Of a DNA stretch of 64,000 bases, positions 10,124-20,640 are shown in pieces. Origin of the DNA: Bacteroidota bacterium (GTDB lineage: Bacteria > Bacteroidota > Bacteroidia > Bacteroidales > JAGNHN01); contig JAKLHK010000005.1 of the NCBI GenBank assembly GCA_022710185.1, positions 65,682 to 129,681 on the forward strand. Reading direction: 5' to 3'. The notes under the pieces are model-generated. The model had not been told where the DNA came from. It did not search any database and saw only the letters and a list, made by a program, of their open reading frames with translations. A program made the position numbers and the translations under genes. Each line of letters opens with the position of its first letter. Within the stretch, counting starts at the first letter, position 1.

Positions 10124-11365
10124 ATGCTGTATTATCTGTTCAATTATCTGGACCAGCACTTTGACTTCCCCGGGGCAGGGATGTTCCAGTACATCTCCTT
10201 CCGCACCGCGCTGGCCATCATCGTTTCCCTGCTCATCACCATGGTGTTCGGCCATCGGCTCATCGACTACCTGAGGCGTCGCCAGGTGGGGGAAACCGTG
10301 CGCGACCTGGGCCTGGAAGGACAGAAAGAAAAGGAAGGCACCCCCACCATGGGAGGGCTGATCATCCTGGGGGGGATTCTGCTTCCTACCCTGCTGTTTG
10401 CGCGCCTCGACAACATCTATATCATCCTCATCCTGTTCACCACGGTTTGGCTGGGCCTTATCGGTTTCATCGACGACTATATCAAGGTTTTCCGCAAGGA
10501 CAAGAAGGGACTGGCCGGAAGGTTCAAGATCCTCGGGCAGGTGATCCTCGGACTGGTTGTTGGGGGCACGCTGTATTTCAGCGACCAGGTGGTGATCCGT
10601 GAGAAAGTGGCCCCCCAGACCATCGAACTGACCGGGGACGGTCCCATACAGGACCCCGGTGCGGTGTTCTCCCGCGAATCGGTGAAGTCAACCAAGACCA
10701 CCATCCCCTTCGTCAAGAACAACGAACTCGACTATGCCCTCATGCTGCGCTGGCTGGGCGAGGGTTTCCGTGACTGGGCCTGGCTGATCTACATCCCCAT
10801 AGTGATCCTGATCATTACCGCGGTATCCAACGGGGCCAACCTCACCGACGGCATGGACGGGCTGGCGACCGGGACCTCGGCCATCATCGGGGTTACCCTC
10901 GGTATCCTGGCCTACGTCTCGGGCAACACCATTTTTGCCAACTACCTGAACATCATGTATATCCCCAATACCGGGGAGCTCGCCATATACATAGGCGCCT
11001 TCGTTGGGGCCTGCATTGGATTTCTCTGGTACAATTCCCATCCGGCCCAGGTCTTCATGGGAGATACAGGCAGCCTGGCCCTGGGGGGCATCATCGCCGT
11101 ATTCGCCATCATCATCCGCAAGGAGCTGCTCATCCCCATCCTCTGCGGCATTTTCGTGGCCGAGAGCCTCTCGGTAGTGCTGCAGGTGGCCTGGTTCAAA
11201 TATACCCGGCAGAGGTTCGGCGAAGGGCGCCGCATCTTCCGCATGTCGCCCCTGCACCATCATTATCATCTGAAAGGCTACAAGGAGCCCAAGATTGTGA
11301 TGCGCTTCCTCATCCTGGGCATCATGCTGGCGGTATTCACAGTGATCACCCTCAAGATCAGATAA
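10124..11365 (+). CDS. mraY: Phospho-N-acetylmuramoyl-pentapeptide transferase MraY
   Basis: Polytopic membrane protein with the [17 protein letters not shown] and [11 protein letters not shown] motifs. Confidence 0.95.
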   Translation: MLYYLFNYLDQHFDFPGAGMFQYISFRTALAIIVSLLITMVFGHRLIDYLRRRQVGETVRDLGLEGQKEKEGTPTMGGLIILGGILLPTLLFARLDNIYIILILFTTVWLGLIGFIDDYIKVFRKDKKGLAGRFKILGQVILGLVVGGTLYFSDQVVIREKVAPQTIELTGDGPIQDPGAVFSRESVKSTKTTIPFVKNNELDYALMLRWLGEGFRDWAWLIYIPIVILIITAVSNGANLTDGMDGLATGTSAIIGVTLGILAYVSGNTIFANYLNIMYIPNTGELAIYIGAFVGACIGFLWYNSHPAQVFMGDTGSLALGGIIAVFAIIIRKELLIPILCGIFVAESLSVVLQVAWFKYTRQRFGEGRRIFRMSPLHHHYHLKGYKEPKIVMRFLILGIMLAVFTVITLKIR

Positions 11366-12727
11366 ATGAGCGGAAGAACGGTCATATTGGGCGCAGGCGA
11401 GAGCGGCACCGGGGCAGCCATCCTGGCACACAAGCTGGGCATGGAGGTCATGGTATCCGATGCCGGTCTGGTGCGCGAGCCCTACCGTTCCACGCTCACG
11501 GCCCTGCAGGTGCCCTTCGAGGAGTCGGGCCATAAGCCCAGCCTGCTTCAGGGTGCTTCTGAAGTGGTGAAGAGCCCCGGCATCCCCGAAGAGGCCCCGG
11601 TGGTAACAAAGGCCCGTTCCCTGGGCCTGCCGGTGATCTCCGAGATTGAGTTCGCATCACGGCACACCCGCGGCAAAAGGATCTGCATCACGGGCAGCAA
11701 CGGGAAGACCACTACCAGCCACCTGGTTTACCACATCCTGCGCCGGGCCGGGATGCAGACCGTGCTTTGCGGTAATGTGGGCGACAGCTTCGCCCGGCGG
11801 GCAGCGGAGACGAAGGCCGACTACTGGGTGCTTGAGATCAGCAGCTTCCAGTTGGACGGGATGTTCGACTTCAGGGCCGACATCGCCATACTGCTGAACA
11901 TCACCCCTGACCATCTCGATCGCTACCAGGGTTCCTTTGAACGCTACGCCGCAAGCAAGTTCCGCATCCTGAGAAACCAGACGGCATCGGACGCCTTCAT
12001 ATACAATGCCGATGATCCCGTGATCCGGCAATATCTCGCCCTTCATCCTCCGGATGCGCGATCCTATGCTTTCGGCCTTGAGGATGCTCCCCAGTTGAAC
12101 GCCGCCTGGGTCGGCCCTTCAGACCGTCCCTGGACAAGCCGCGAAATGAACATCAACATTGCACCAGAACCTCTCGCCATGACCCTCGAAAACCTGGCCC
12201 TTCAGGGGCGTCACAACATCTACAACTCCATGGCCGCAGGCATAGCCACAAGGCTACTTGACATCCGCAAGGAGACCATCAAGGAGTGCCTCTCGGATTT
12301 CGAGCACATCGAGCACCGGCTGGAGGTGGTGGGGAATGTCCACGGGATAGAGTTCATCAACGATTCCAAGGCCACCAACGTGAATGCGGCCTGGTTCGCC
12401 CTGGAGAGCCAGAACAAGCCGGTGGTGTGGATCGCCGGGGGGACGGATAAGGGCAACGATTACAGCATGCTGAAGGACCTGGTGAAGCACAAGGTGAAGG
12501 CCATTGTATGCCTGGGCAAGGATAACAGCCGGATCAAGGCGGCCTTTGCCGATGTGGTGGAAACCATACTGGAGACGGGATCTGCCGAAGAGGCGGTTAA
12601 CGAAGCCTACTACCTGGGACGCAAGGGCGATGTGGTTCTGCTTTCGCCGGCCTGCGCCAGTTTCGATCTGTTCACCAATTATGAAGAAAGGGGACGCGCC
12701 TTCAAGCAGGCCGTTGCCAAGCTCTGA
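11366..12727 (+). CDS. murD: UDP-N-acetylmuramoylalanine--D-glutamate ligase MurD
   Basis: ITGSNGKTTT P-loop. The ATG directly abuts the mraY stop. Confidence 0.92.
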   Translation: MSGRTVILGAGESGTGAAILAHKLGMEVMVSDAGLVREPYRSTLTALQVPFEESGHKPSLLQGASEVVKSPGIPEEAPVVTKARSLGLPVISEIEFASRHTRGKRICITGSNGKTTTSHLVYHILRRAGMQTVLCGNVGDSFARRAAETKADYWVLEISSFQLDGMFDFRADIAILLNITPDHLDRYQGSFERYAASKFRILRNQTASDAFIYNADDPVIRQYLALHPPDARSYAFGLEDAPQLNAAWVGPSDRPWTSREMNINIAPEPLAMTLENLALQGRHNIYNSMAAGIATRLLDIRKETIKECLSDFEHIEHRLEVVGNVHGIEFINDSKATNVNAAWFALESQNKPVVWIAGGTDKGNDYSMLKDLVKHKVKAIVCLGKDNSRIKAAFADVVETILETGSAEEAVNEAYYLGRKGDVVLLSPACASFDLFTNYEERGRAFKQAVAKL

Positions 12728-12731
12728 TTCC

Positions 12732-13883
12732 ATGCTCTCGCGCCTGCAAAATATCAAAGGAGACAAAGTGGTCTGGATGGTGGTGATCCTGCTGTCTGGC
12801 CTCAGCCTTCTGGCAGTATATTCCTCCAGCAGTTCGCTGGCTTACCGCACCCAGGCAGGCAATACCGGTCATTACCTCATCAAGCATGCCATGATCCTGG
12901 TGTTCGGGCTCTTCCTGATGCATGCCACCCACCGCATCCCCTATCAGGTTTTCTCCAGGGCCTCGGTGATCGGTATGTTCCTCACCCTACCCCTGCTTGC
13001 CATAACCCTGTTCATGGGTACCAGCGTCAACGAGGCCAGCCGCTGGCTGATGGTGCCCTTCATCAACATTAGTTTCCAGACTTCCGACCTGGCCAAGCTG
13101 GTGCTCATCGTATTCACCGCCAGGGCCCTGGCCAAGCGTCAGGACAGCATACGCGACCTACGCAGCGGCTTCTTCCCAGTATTCCTTCCGGTACTCGCCG
13201 TATCCTTCCTGATCCTTCCCGCCAACTTCTCTACTGCTGCCCTGCTCATGCTCACCTGCGTAGTCCTGATGTATATCGGCAAGGTGAGGGTGAAGCACCT
13301 CCTCGCCCTGGGAGGCATCGTGTTGGCCAGTCTCAGCCTTTTCGTGCTTATCCTGCTCAATTCCAGCGACAAGGGCCGTCTGGGCACCTGGAAATCCCGG
13401 GTAGAAAGCTTTGCCGGAGGAGATGAACAGGAAGCCTTCCAGGTGGAACAGGGCAAGATCGCCATCGCCACCGGGGGAGTACTCGGCAAGGCTCCGGGCA
13501 ACAGCAGCCAGCGCAACTTCCTGCCCCACCCCTACTCGGACTTCATCTTCGCCATCATTGTGGAAGAGTATGGACTGTTGGGCGGCATCGCCGTGGTGCT
13601 GCTCTACCTCATCCTGCTGTACCGGGGCATACGCATCACCCTGAAAAGCCCTACCCTCTTTGGAGGGTTCATGGCCTTCGGACTAACGTTCAGCATTGTA
13701 TTCCAGGCCTTTGTAAATATGGCTGTGGCAGTCGACCTCCTCCCCGTGACCGGGCAGCCCCTGCCATTGGTCAGCATGGGAGGTACCAGCATATTGTTCA
13801 CCAGCATCGCCCTGGGCGCGATCCTCAGTGTATCGCGGCAGGAAGAGATAAAAACAAGCCCGGCCCATGCAGCAGCAGCTTAA
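12732..13883 (+). CDS. ftsW: Peptidoglycan glycosyltransferase FtsW (SEDS family)
   Basis: Multi-TM protein with the QTSDLAKL and PLPLVSMGGTS motifs. The ATG at 12732 lies just after the murD stop; the upstream in-frame stretch overlaps murD. Confidence 0.9.
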   Translation: MLSRLQNIKGDKVVWMVVILLSGLSLLAVYSSSSSLAYRTQAGNTGHYLIKHAMILVFGLFLMHATHRIPYQVFSRASVIGMFLTLPLLAITLFMGTSVNEASRWLMVPFINISFQTSDLAKLVLIVFTARALAKRQDSIRDLRSGFFPVFLPVLAVSFLILPANFSTAALLMLTCVVLMYIGKVRVKHLLALGGIVLASLSLFVLILLNSSDKGRLGTWKSRVESFAGGDEQEAFQVEQGKIAIATGGVLGKAPGNSSQRNFLPHPYSDFIFAIIVEEYGLLGGIAVVLLYLILLYRGIRITLKSPTLFGGFMAFGLTFSIVFQAFVNMAVAVDLLPVTGQPLPLVSMGGTSILFTSIALGAILSVSRQEEIKTSPAHAAAA

Positions 13884-14988
13884 CATAATGATCAGCGGAG
13901 GCGGTACCGGGGGGCATATCTTCCCTGCACTGGCCATCGCAGAGGCTATCCGGACGCTGCGGCCTGAGGCGGACTTCCTGTTTGTGGGAGCCCGTGGGAG
14001 GATGGAGATGGAAAGGGTACCCGCCGCGGGCTACCGTATCGAAGGACTCTGGATCAGCGGCCTACAGCGCAGCCTGAGCCTCAGCAACCTCAGCTTTCCT
14101 TTCAAGGTGATGAGCAGTCTGTGGCAGGCCCGCCGCATCATCCGTCGCTTCCGGCCAGCACTGGCTGTAGGGGTGGGCGGATATGCCAGCGCTCCGGCCC
14201 TGTGGATGGCCTCACGCATGGGCATCCCCACCCTGATCCAGGAGCAGAACGCCTTCCCCGGGATCGCCAACCGCATTCTGGCCGGCAGGGCCGACCTCAT
14301 CTGCGTGGCCTATCCGGGCATGGAACGCTATTTCCCGGCATCACGCATCCGGACTACGGGCAACCCTGTAAGGCGTACCATCATGCCGGACCCTGCCCGC
14401 CGCCAGGAAGCGTTGAAGCATTTTGGATTGACTGAAGGCCAACCCGTGGCCTTCATTACCGGGGGCAGCCTGGGTGCCCGCACCCTCAACCAAAGCATCG
14501 CTGGCGGGCTGGATTCGCTTACTGCGGCCGGACTTCAGCTGATATGGCAGACAGGGAAGGCGTTCGAGCCCAGGGCCAGGGAACTGGCAGCAGCCCAAAA
14601 GCACGGCAGCGTGCATGCCACGGCCTTCGTGGAACGTATGGACCTGGCCTATACCCTGGCCGATGTGGTGGTGTCACGTGCCGGCGCCATGGCCATCGCC
14701 GAGCTCAGTTCGGCCGGTAAGGCCTGCATCCTGGTGCCTTCGCCCAACGTCACCGAAGACCATCAGACGCGCAATGCCCTCGCCCTTTCGGAGCGGGGAG
14801 CCGCACAGCTGGTAAGGGATGCCGACGCCCCTGCACAACTGGTGCCCGCCATGATCGCCCTGACGCAGGATACCCGGACCAGGGAATCCCTGGAACGCCA
14901 GATCCTGACCATGGCCTTGCCCGGAGCGGACCTTGAGATCGCCCGGCTTGCCCTGGAACTCATAGACAGCAAAACCTCAAAGAGATAA
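13867..14988 (+). CDS. murG: Undecaprenyldiphospho-muramoylpentapeptide beta-N-acetylglucosaminyltransferase MurG
   Basis: ISGGGTGGHIFPALA N-terminal motif. An alternative ATG lies at 13888. Confidence 0.92.
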   Translation: MQQQLNIMISGGGTGGHIFPALAIAEAIRTLRPEADFLFVGARGRMEMERVPAAGYRIEGLWISGLQRSLSLSNLSFPFKVMSSLWQARRIIRRFRPALAVGVGGYASAPALWMASRMGIPTLIQEQNAFPGIANRILAGRADLICVAYPGMERYFPASRIRTTGNPVRRTIMPDPARRQEALKHFGLTEGQPVAFITGGSLGARTLNQSIAGGLDSLTAAGLQLIWQTGKAFEPRARELAAAQKHGSVHATAFVERMDLAYTLADVVVSRAGAMAIAELSSAGKACILVPSPNVTEDHQTRNALALSERGAAQLVRDADAPAQLVPAMIALTQDTRTRESLERQILTMALPGADLEIARLALELIDSKTSKR

Positions 14989-15018
14989 GCAAAAGCTCAC
15001 GATAGCCACACCCTGACC

Positions 15019-16395
15019 ATGAAAAGGCTCCACGACATACATTCGGTTTACTTCCTCGGCATAGGAGGTATCGGGATGAGTGCCCTGGCCCGTTGGTTCA
15101 GGGCCAGGGGTGCCCAGGTGTCGGGCTATGACCGTACCCCGGGGGCCATCACGCGTCAGTTACAGGAAGAAGGCATTGCCGTGCATTTCGAAGACGATGC
15201 CACCCGGGTACCCGTTCAACCCGACCTGGTGGTCTACACCCCCGCCATTCCCCGGGACCTGCACGAGCTGGTACATGTGCGTTCCATGGGATACTGGCTG
15301 CTGAAACGCTCGGAGGTGCTGGGCATGATCTCTTCCGATATGTTCACCATCGCCGTGGCCGGCACTCACGGTAAAACTTCAGTAACCTCTATGATCGCCT
15401 GGCTGCTGCATGCCACCGGAAAACCGGTCACTGCTTTTATCGGGGGCATCAGCCGCAACTTCGGTTCCAACCTGCTGCTGCATCCCTCAGCCGAGGTTCT
15501 GGTGGCCGAGGCCGACGAATTCGACCGTTCCTTCCTCCGCCTCAAGCCCGATATCGCTGTGGTTACCAGCGTGGATGCCGACCACCTCGACATCTACGGC
15601 AGCCGGCAGGAACTCCTGGATACCTACCGCACCTTTGCCCGTGGCGTACCGTCCACAGGACTGCTGGTCCACAGCGCCAGGGTGAGCGGGTTGCAGCCAT
15701 CCGCAACGGAAGTGAGCTACGGTGAAGGCGAAGGGTGCGAGTGCCAATACACCGGACTGGTATACGAAGGGGACCGCATGCGCTTTGACCTGCATTTCAG
15801 GGAACACCACATGAAGGGGCTTATCCTGAGTGTGCCGGGCCGTCACAACCTGGAGAATGCCCTGGCCGCCCTGGCCGTTTGTCTTCAGCTGGGCGTTGAC
15901 CCCGAAGCCCTTCGCCTTGCCCTGGCCAGCTATCGCGGGGTGGAACGCCGCTTCGATTACCGTATCCGCAGGGATGACCTCATTTATATCGATGATTACG
16001 CCCATCACCCCGAAGAGCTCCTTGCCTTTATCCAGGCGGTAAAGGAATTATATCCAGGCCGCAGGCTCACCGGTATCTTCCAACCCCACCTCTACAGCCG
16101 GACCCGTGACTTTGCCGATGGCTTTGCCCGCAGCCTCGACCTGCTGGACGAACCCATCCTGATGGACATTTATCCGGCCCGCGAGCAGCCGATCCCCGGG
16201 GTAGACTCCGGCATGATCCTCAGGCGCATGCGCAATCCGAACAAGAGCGTGATGACCCGCACCGGGATCCTTGACCGCCTCAGCCATGCCCCCCTGGAGG
16301 TAGTGCTCACCATGGGCGCCGGAGACATCGACCGCCTGGTGCCGGAGATCGAGAACATATTGAATTCAGTGTCCAATCTTTTCCCCGGGTCATGA
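15019..16395 (+). CDS. murC: UDP-N-acetylmuramate--L-alanine ligase MurC
   Basis: FLGIGGIGMSALA and VAGTHGKTSVTSM motifs. Confidence 0.92.
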   Translation: MKRLHDIHSVYFLGIGGIGMSALARWFRARGAQVSGYDRTPGAITRQLQEEGIAVHFEDDATRVPVQPDLVVYTPAIPRDLHELVHVRSMGYWLLKRSEVLGMISSDMFTIAVAGTHGKTSVTSMIAWLLHATGKPVTAFIGGISRNFGSNLLLHPSAEVLVAEADEFDRSFLRLKPDIAVVTSVDADHLDIYGSRQELLDTYRTFARGVPSTGLLVHSARVSGLQPSATEVSYGEGEGCECQYTGLVYEGDRMRFDLHFREHHMKGLILSVPGRHNLENALAALAVCLQLGVDPEALRLALASYRGVERRFDYRIRRDDLIYIDDYAHHPEELLAFIQAVKELYPGRRLTGIFQPHLYSRTRDFADGFARSLDLLDEPILMDIYPAREQPIPGVDSGMILRRMRNPNKSVMTRTGILDRLSHAPLEVVLTMGAGDIDRLVPEIENILNSVSNLFPGS

Positions 16396-17177
16396 AAAAG
16401 GCGCTCCACATACTGGTATGGGTGCTCCTCGCCGGAGCCGTGGTGCTCCTTCCGGCCTTCGCAGCCAGGGAACGTGCCCAGCTGCCGTGCCAGGGCCAGG
16501 TCTTCAGCCTCGATGCCGGCGGACAGGCTGCCCTCTTGAGCACCCGGGACCTCGAAGACTTTCTGCTGCACCGCTTCGATACCCTTCAGGGACGTGCAGC
16601 GACCGATATCGACCCCGGCGCCATGGAGGATTGGCTGAAGAAACACCCCTATGTGCTGAAGGCCGAGGCCTATATGGACATGGACCGTACCCTTCGTCTG
16701 CAGGTCATCCAGGAACAGCCCCTGCTGAGGATATTCAGGGCCTCAGGCGCTTCGGTATACCTGAGCCGCAGTGGCAGGATCATGCCGCTGAGGGAAGGCC
16801 TGGCCCTGCGCATCCCCATCCTGAGCGGATACCTGGGCGAACTGCCGGTAGAAGGTCACAGCATAGATCCTCAGCGCCACGCACGGCTGGCCTCCGCCCA
16901 CCGTCTGGGACTGCTCCTGGAAAAGGACGATTTTCTGCGCCTGCTGGTCAGCCAGATCTATATCGAACCCCATGGGGACCTCCGCATGGAGCCCCGCATC
17001 GGCAAACACTCCATCATCGTGGGTGACTCCACCGGGCTGGAGTCGAAGCTGGAGAACCTCGAGGCCTTCTACCGCCAGGGACTGGTGCGGGGGCCCTGGG
17101 ATCGCTACGAGCTTATCAATCTGAAGTATAAGGACCAGGTCGTGTGTACTAAACGTAAAACTTATGAAATCATCTGA
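16392..17177 (+). CDS. ftsQ: Cell division protein FtsQ
   Basis: 261 aa with an N-terminal TM anchor and a POTRA-like region. ATGA overlap with murC, and it sits between murC and ftsA. Confidence 0.7.
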   Translation: MKKALHILVWVLLAGAVVLLPAFAARERAQLPCQGQVFSLDAGGQAALLSTRDLEDFLLHRFDTLQGRAATDIDPGAMEDWLKKHPYVLKAEAYMDMDRTLRLQVIQEQPLLRIFRASGASVYLSRSGRIMPLREGLALRIPILSGYLGELPVEGHSIDPQRHARLASAHRLGLLLEKDDFLRLLVSQIYIEPHGDLRMEPRIGKHSIIVGDSTGLESKLENLEAFYRQGLVRGPWDRYELINLKYKDQVVCTKRKTYEII

Positions 17178-18432
17178 AATCATCGTCGGGCTCGATATCG
17201 GGACCACCAAGATCGCCGCGATCGTCGGACGCCGCAATGAGTTCGGCAAGATCGAGATCCTGGGTTCGGGCAAAAGCCCCTCGCTGGGCGTCAGGAGGGG
17301 CGTAGTATCGAACATCGAAAATACGGTCAAGTCCATCCGTGCCGCGGTGGAAGAGGCCAGCGAGCGTTCCGGGGTGGACATCCGCTACGTGAACGTGGGC
17401 ATTGCAGGACAGCACATCAAGAGCCTGCAGCATCGCGGGGGGATCATCCGCAATTCCCGCGAAGAGGAGATCAACCAGGCGGATATCGACCGTCTGCATT
17501 CCTCCATGTTCAACCTGGCCATGAGTCCCGGGGAAGAGATCATCGATGTGATCCCCCAGGAGTTCATTATCGATGGGGAGCCCGGGCTGAAGGAGCCTAT
17601 CGGGATGCTGGGCAACAGCCTCGAAGCCAATTTCCACATCATCACAGGCCAGACCACGGCAGCCAAGAATATTTATAAATGTGTGAAGAAGGCCGGCCTG
17701 GAAGTAGTGGAGCTCATCCTTGAGCCCCTGGCCTCTTCGGCAGCCTGCCTGAGCGAGGAAGAGAAGGAAGCCGGGGTGGTGCTCGTGGACATCGGCGGGG
17801 GAACCACCGACATCGCCATCTTCCAGGACGGCATCATACGGCATACCGCCGTGATCCCCTTCGGAGGGGAGATCATCACCGAAGACATCAAGGAAGGCTG
17901 CAGTATCATCCGCAAGCATGCCGAAGAGCTCAAGGTGAGGTTCGGCAGCGCCCTGGCCAGCGAGAACCGCGATGAGGAGATCGTGTCCATCCCCGGCCTC
18001 AGGGGAAGGCCCGCCCGCGAGATCACCCTGAAGAACCTGGCCAGCATCATCCAGGCCCGCATGGAAGAGATCATCGAATACGTGTATTTCGAAATAAAGA
18101 ATAGCGGGTACGAGCGTAAGCTCATCGCCGGCATCGTACTCACCGGCGGCGGCGCCCAGCTCAAACATATCAGCCAGCTCACCCAGTTCATCACCGGCAT
18201 GGATACCCGCATCGGGTATCCCAACGAACACCTTGCCAAGGAGGTGGGACGCGAAATGGCCAGCCCCATGTACGCCACCGGCATCGGCCTGGTGATCACC
18301 GGCATGGAACGCTTCGAACGCGAACTGGTGAAGGAGAACATGTTAACACGAAACGACCGCAAGGCCCCGCGTCGGGAAAAAAGCGGCTTCTTCGAGAAAA
18401 TCAAGAACTGGTTCGAAGAAGAACAGATCTGA
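17164..18432 (+). CDS. ftsA: Cell division protein FtsA
   Basis: Actin-fold motifs VGLDIGTTKIAAIVG and VDIGGGTTDIAIF, with a C-terminal amphipathic tail. Confidence 0.92.
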   Translation: MKSSEIIVGLDIGTTKIAAIVGRRNEFGKIEILGSGKSPSLGVRRGVVSNIENTVKSIRAAVEEASERSGVDIRYVNVGIAGQHIKSLQHRGGIIRNSREEEINQADIDRLHSSMFNLAMSPGEEIIDVIPQEFIIDGEPGLKEPIGMLGNSLEANFHIITGQTTAAKNIYKCVKKAGLEVVELILEPLASSAACLSEEEKEAGVVLVDIGGGTTDIAIFQDGIIRHTAVIPFGGEIITEDIKEGCSIIRKHAEELKVRFGSALASENRDEEIVSIPGLRGRPAREITLKNLASIIQARMEEIIEYVYFEIKNSGYERKLIAGIVLTGGGAQLKHISQLTQFITGMDTRIGYPNEHLAKEVGREMASPMYATGIGLVITGMERFERELVKENMLTRNDRKAPRREKSGFFEKIKNWFEEEQI

Positions 18433-18468
18433 ACCAAGCTGAATTCATAACCCAAAACACCTATAAAA

Positions 18469-20121
18469 ATGCCAGCAAACCTGAAATTCGACCTTCCGAA
18501 GAACCAGAGCAACATCATCAAGGTCATCGGAATCGGCGGCGGCGGATCCAACGCGGTCAACCACATGTACAAAGAAGGGATCACCGGGGTAGACTTCATC
18601 GTCTGCAATACCGATGCCCAGGCACTCGACTTCAGCCCGGTGCCGTCCAAGATCCAGCTCGGCGCCAGCCTCACTGAGGGCCGGGGCGCAGGGTCCATCC
18701 CGGAGAAAGGCAAGAACGCCGCCCTGGAGAACCTTGACGAGCTGAGGGCCATCCTGGACCACAACACCAAAATGGTGTTCATCACCGCGGGCATGGGCGG
18801 AGGTACCGGTACCGGCGGTGCGCCTGTGGTTGCCTCCCTGGCCAGGGAAATGGGCATCCTTACGGTGGGCATCGTCACCATCCCCTTCCTGTTCGAGGGC
18901 CGTAAACGTAAGCAACAGGCCGACAATGGCATCGAAGAACTGCGCCGCAATGTGGATACCCTGCTGGTGATCTGCAACGACAAGCTGCGCGAACTCTACG
19001 GCGACCTTACCCTGTCCCGCGCCTTCGGAAAGGCCGATGACATCCTCACCGTGGCCGCCAAGGGCATAGCCGAGATCATCACGGTACCAGGCTACATCAA
19101 CGTGGACTTCGAAGACATCAACACCGTGATGCGCGACAGCGGTGTGGCCATCATGGGATCGGGCAGCGCCGAAGGTCCTGACAGGGCCACCAAGGCCATC
19201 AAGGAAGCCCTGGAATCCCCCCTGCTGAACGATAACGACATCTACGGGGCCGAGAACATCCTGCTGTACATCACCTCCGGGGAGGAAGAAGTCTCCATGG
19301 ACGAGGTGAGCGAGATCACCGATTACATCCAGAAGGAAGCCGGTATGGAAGCCGACATCATCTGGGGCAACGGCACCGATGAAAACCTCGGGATGCGCCT
19401 GAACATCACCCTGGTGGCCACCGGTTTCGACAAGAAGGAACGCAAGCGCAAGCAGGCCGAGCCGGAGAAGGTAGTGGTAGGCGCCCTGGGCGAAACCCCC
19501 GCCCCGGCCCCCTACGTGGAACCGGAGCCCGCCACCCAGACCATGGAAGTGGCCGAAGAAGAAGTACGCATGGTGCTCCCCCAGGCCCCGGCGGTGACGA
19601 TGCACACCCTCACCGAGGAAGAACCGCCGGTGTTCCAGGACATCACCTCCCAGCCCGACTATATGCCGCTGATCCCCGAGGAGCAGGAATCGGAGATCGA
19701 GCTCCTGCTGCGCGACACCAGCCGGCCGGCCGTAGAGCGCCAGGAGAGCTGGGCACGCCAGGAAGTCACAGGGGTTTCCGAAGTGGAAAAGGTTCATGAA
19801 GAAATTCGTCGCGTGGTCACGCCGGAAGCCCGCACCTCCCGCGAAGAGCAGGCCGCGGAACCCGGCCGCAACGGGAACGAGGGCAGGGCCATGGACCGCG
19901 TGAAGCGCCTGAAGGAGATGAGCCTTAAACTGCGCTCCTTCAACGACATCAACGAACTGGAACGCCAGCCCGCCTATGTGCGCCGCAACGTCGACCTTAC
20001 AGATCCCCCCCACAGCTCCGAATCGCAGATCAGCCGTTTCTCCCTGTCCGAAAACGGCGGTGACCGCAACGGCAGCGAGCTGAGGCAGAACAACTCCTTC
20101 CTTCACGACAACGTAGATTAA
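18469..20121 (+). CDS. ftsZ: Cell division protein FtsZ with a long acidic/proline-rich linker
   Basis: GIGGGGSNAVNHM and the tubulin signature AGMGGGTGTGGAPV. 550 aa, with about 200 aa of low-complexity linker before the conserved C-terminal peptide. Confidence 0.95.
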   Translation: MPANLKFDLPKNQSNIIKVIGIGGGGSNAVNHMYKEGITGVDFIVCNTDAQALDFSPVPSKIQLGASLTEGRGAGSIPEKGKNAALENLDELRAILDHNTKMVFITAGMGGGTGTGGAPVVASLAREMGILTVGIVTIPFLFEGRKRKQQADNGIEELRRNVDTLLVICNDKLRELYGDLTLSRAFGKADDILTVAAKGIAEIITVPGYINVDFEDINTVMRDSGVAIMGSGSAEGPDRATKAIKEALESPLLNDNDIYGAENILLYITSGEEEVSMDEVSEITDYIQKEAGMEADIIWGNGTDENLGMRLNITLVATGFDKKERKRKQAEPEKVVVGALGETPAPAPYVEPEPATQTMEVAEEEVRMVLPQAPAVTMHTLTEEEPPVFQDITSQPDYMPLIPEEQESEIELLLRDTSRPAVERQESWARQEVTGVSEVEKVHEEIRRVVTPEARTSREEQAAEPGRNGNEGRAMDRVKRLKEMSLKLRSFNDINELERQPAYVRRNVDLTDPPHSSESQISRFSLSENGGDRNGSELRQNNSFLHDNVD

Positions 20122-20127
20122 CGCACC

Positions 20128-20580
20128 ATGAGCCTGGCAGAGATCATCAACGAGGACATGAAGTCCGCCATGCGGGAGCGCAACCAGCGCAAACTGGAAG
20201 CCCTGCGTGCTATCAAGGCCGGCCTGCTCCTGCTCAAGACGGGCAAGGATGTGAGCAGCGGCGAGATCCCTGCGGAGTTGGAAGTGCAACTGATCCAGAA
20301 ACTGGTGAAGCAGCGCGAGGAGAGCGCGGTGATCTACCGCCAGCAAGGGCGCGCCGACCTGGCGGAGGAGGAAGAGTTCCAGGCCGGGGTCATCAAGGCC
20401 TACCTCCCGCAGCAGATGAGCGAAGCAGAGATCCGGACCTATCTGGTGGAGCTTATGGCCAGGCTGGGCGTCAACGACGCCAAGGGCATGGGCAAGGTAA
20501 TGGGCAACGCCGCGAAGGAACTCGCCGGCAAGGCCGACAACCGCCTCATATCCCACTTGCTGAAAGACCTGCTGGGCTAG
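20128..20580 (+). CDS. GatB/YqeY domain-containing protein
   Basis: 150 aa. The pattern MSLAEIINEDMKSAMRERNQRKLEALRAIKA is typical of the YqeY family. Confidence 0.85.
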   Translation: MSLAEIINEDMKSAMRERNQRKLEALRAIKAGLLLLKTGKDVSSGEIPAELEVQLIQKLVKQREESAVIYRQQGRADLAEEEEFQAGVIKAYLPQQMSEAEIRTYLVELMARLGVNDAKGMGKVMGNAAKELAGKADNRLISHLLKDLLG

Positions 20581-20608
20581 CCCGGCATCTCTTTATACAC
20601 ACGACCCA

Positions 20609-20640
20609 CCCCGGAGTTATGGCATTCTCCGGGGTTTTTT
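20609..20640 (+). terminator. Rho-independent terminator of the dcw/yqeY transcription unit
   Basis: The CCCCGGAG (20609-20616) / CTCCGGGG (20627-20634) stem has a 10-nt loop and is followed by TTTTTT (20635-20640), 29 nt after the yqeY stop. Confidence 0.75.

Noticed and set aside
17170-20556. Long minus-strand ORFs (353, 436 and 703 aa) opposite ftsA and ftsZ
   Set aside because: They are shadow ORFs antisense to strongly supported ftsA/ftsZ, and their translations have no recognisable motifs.
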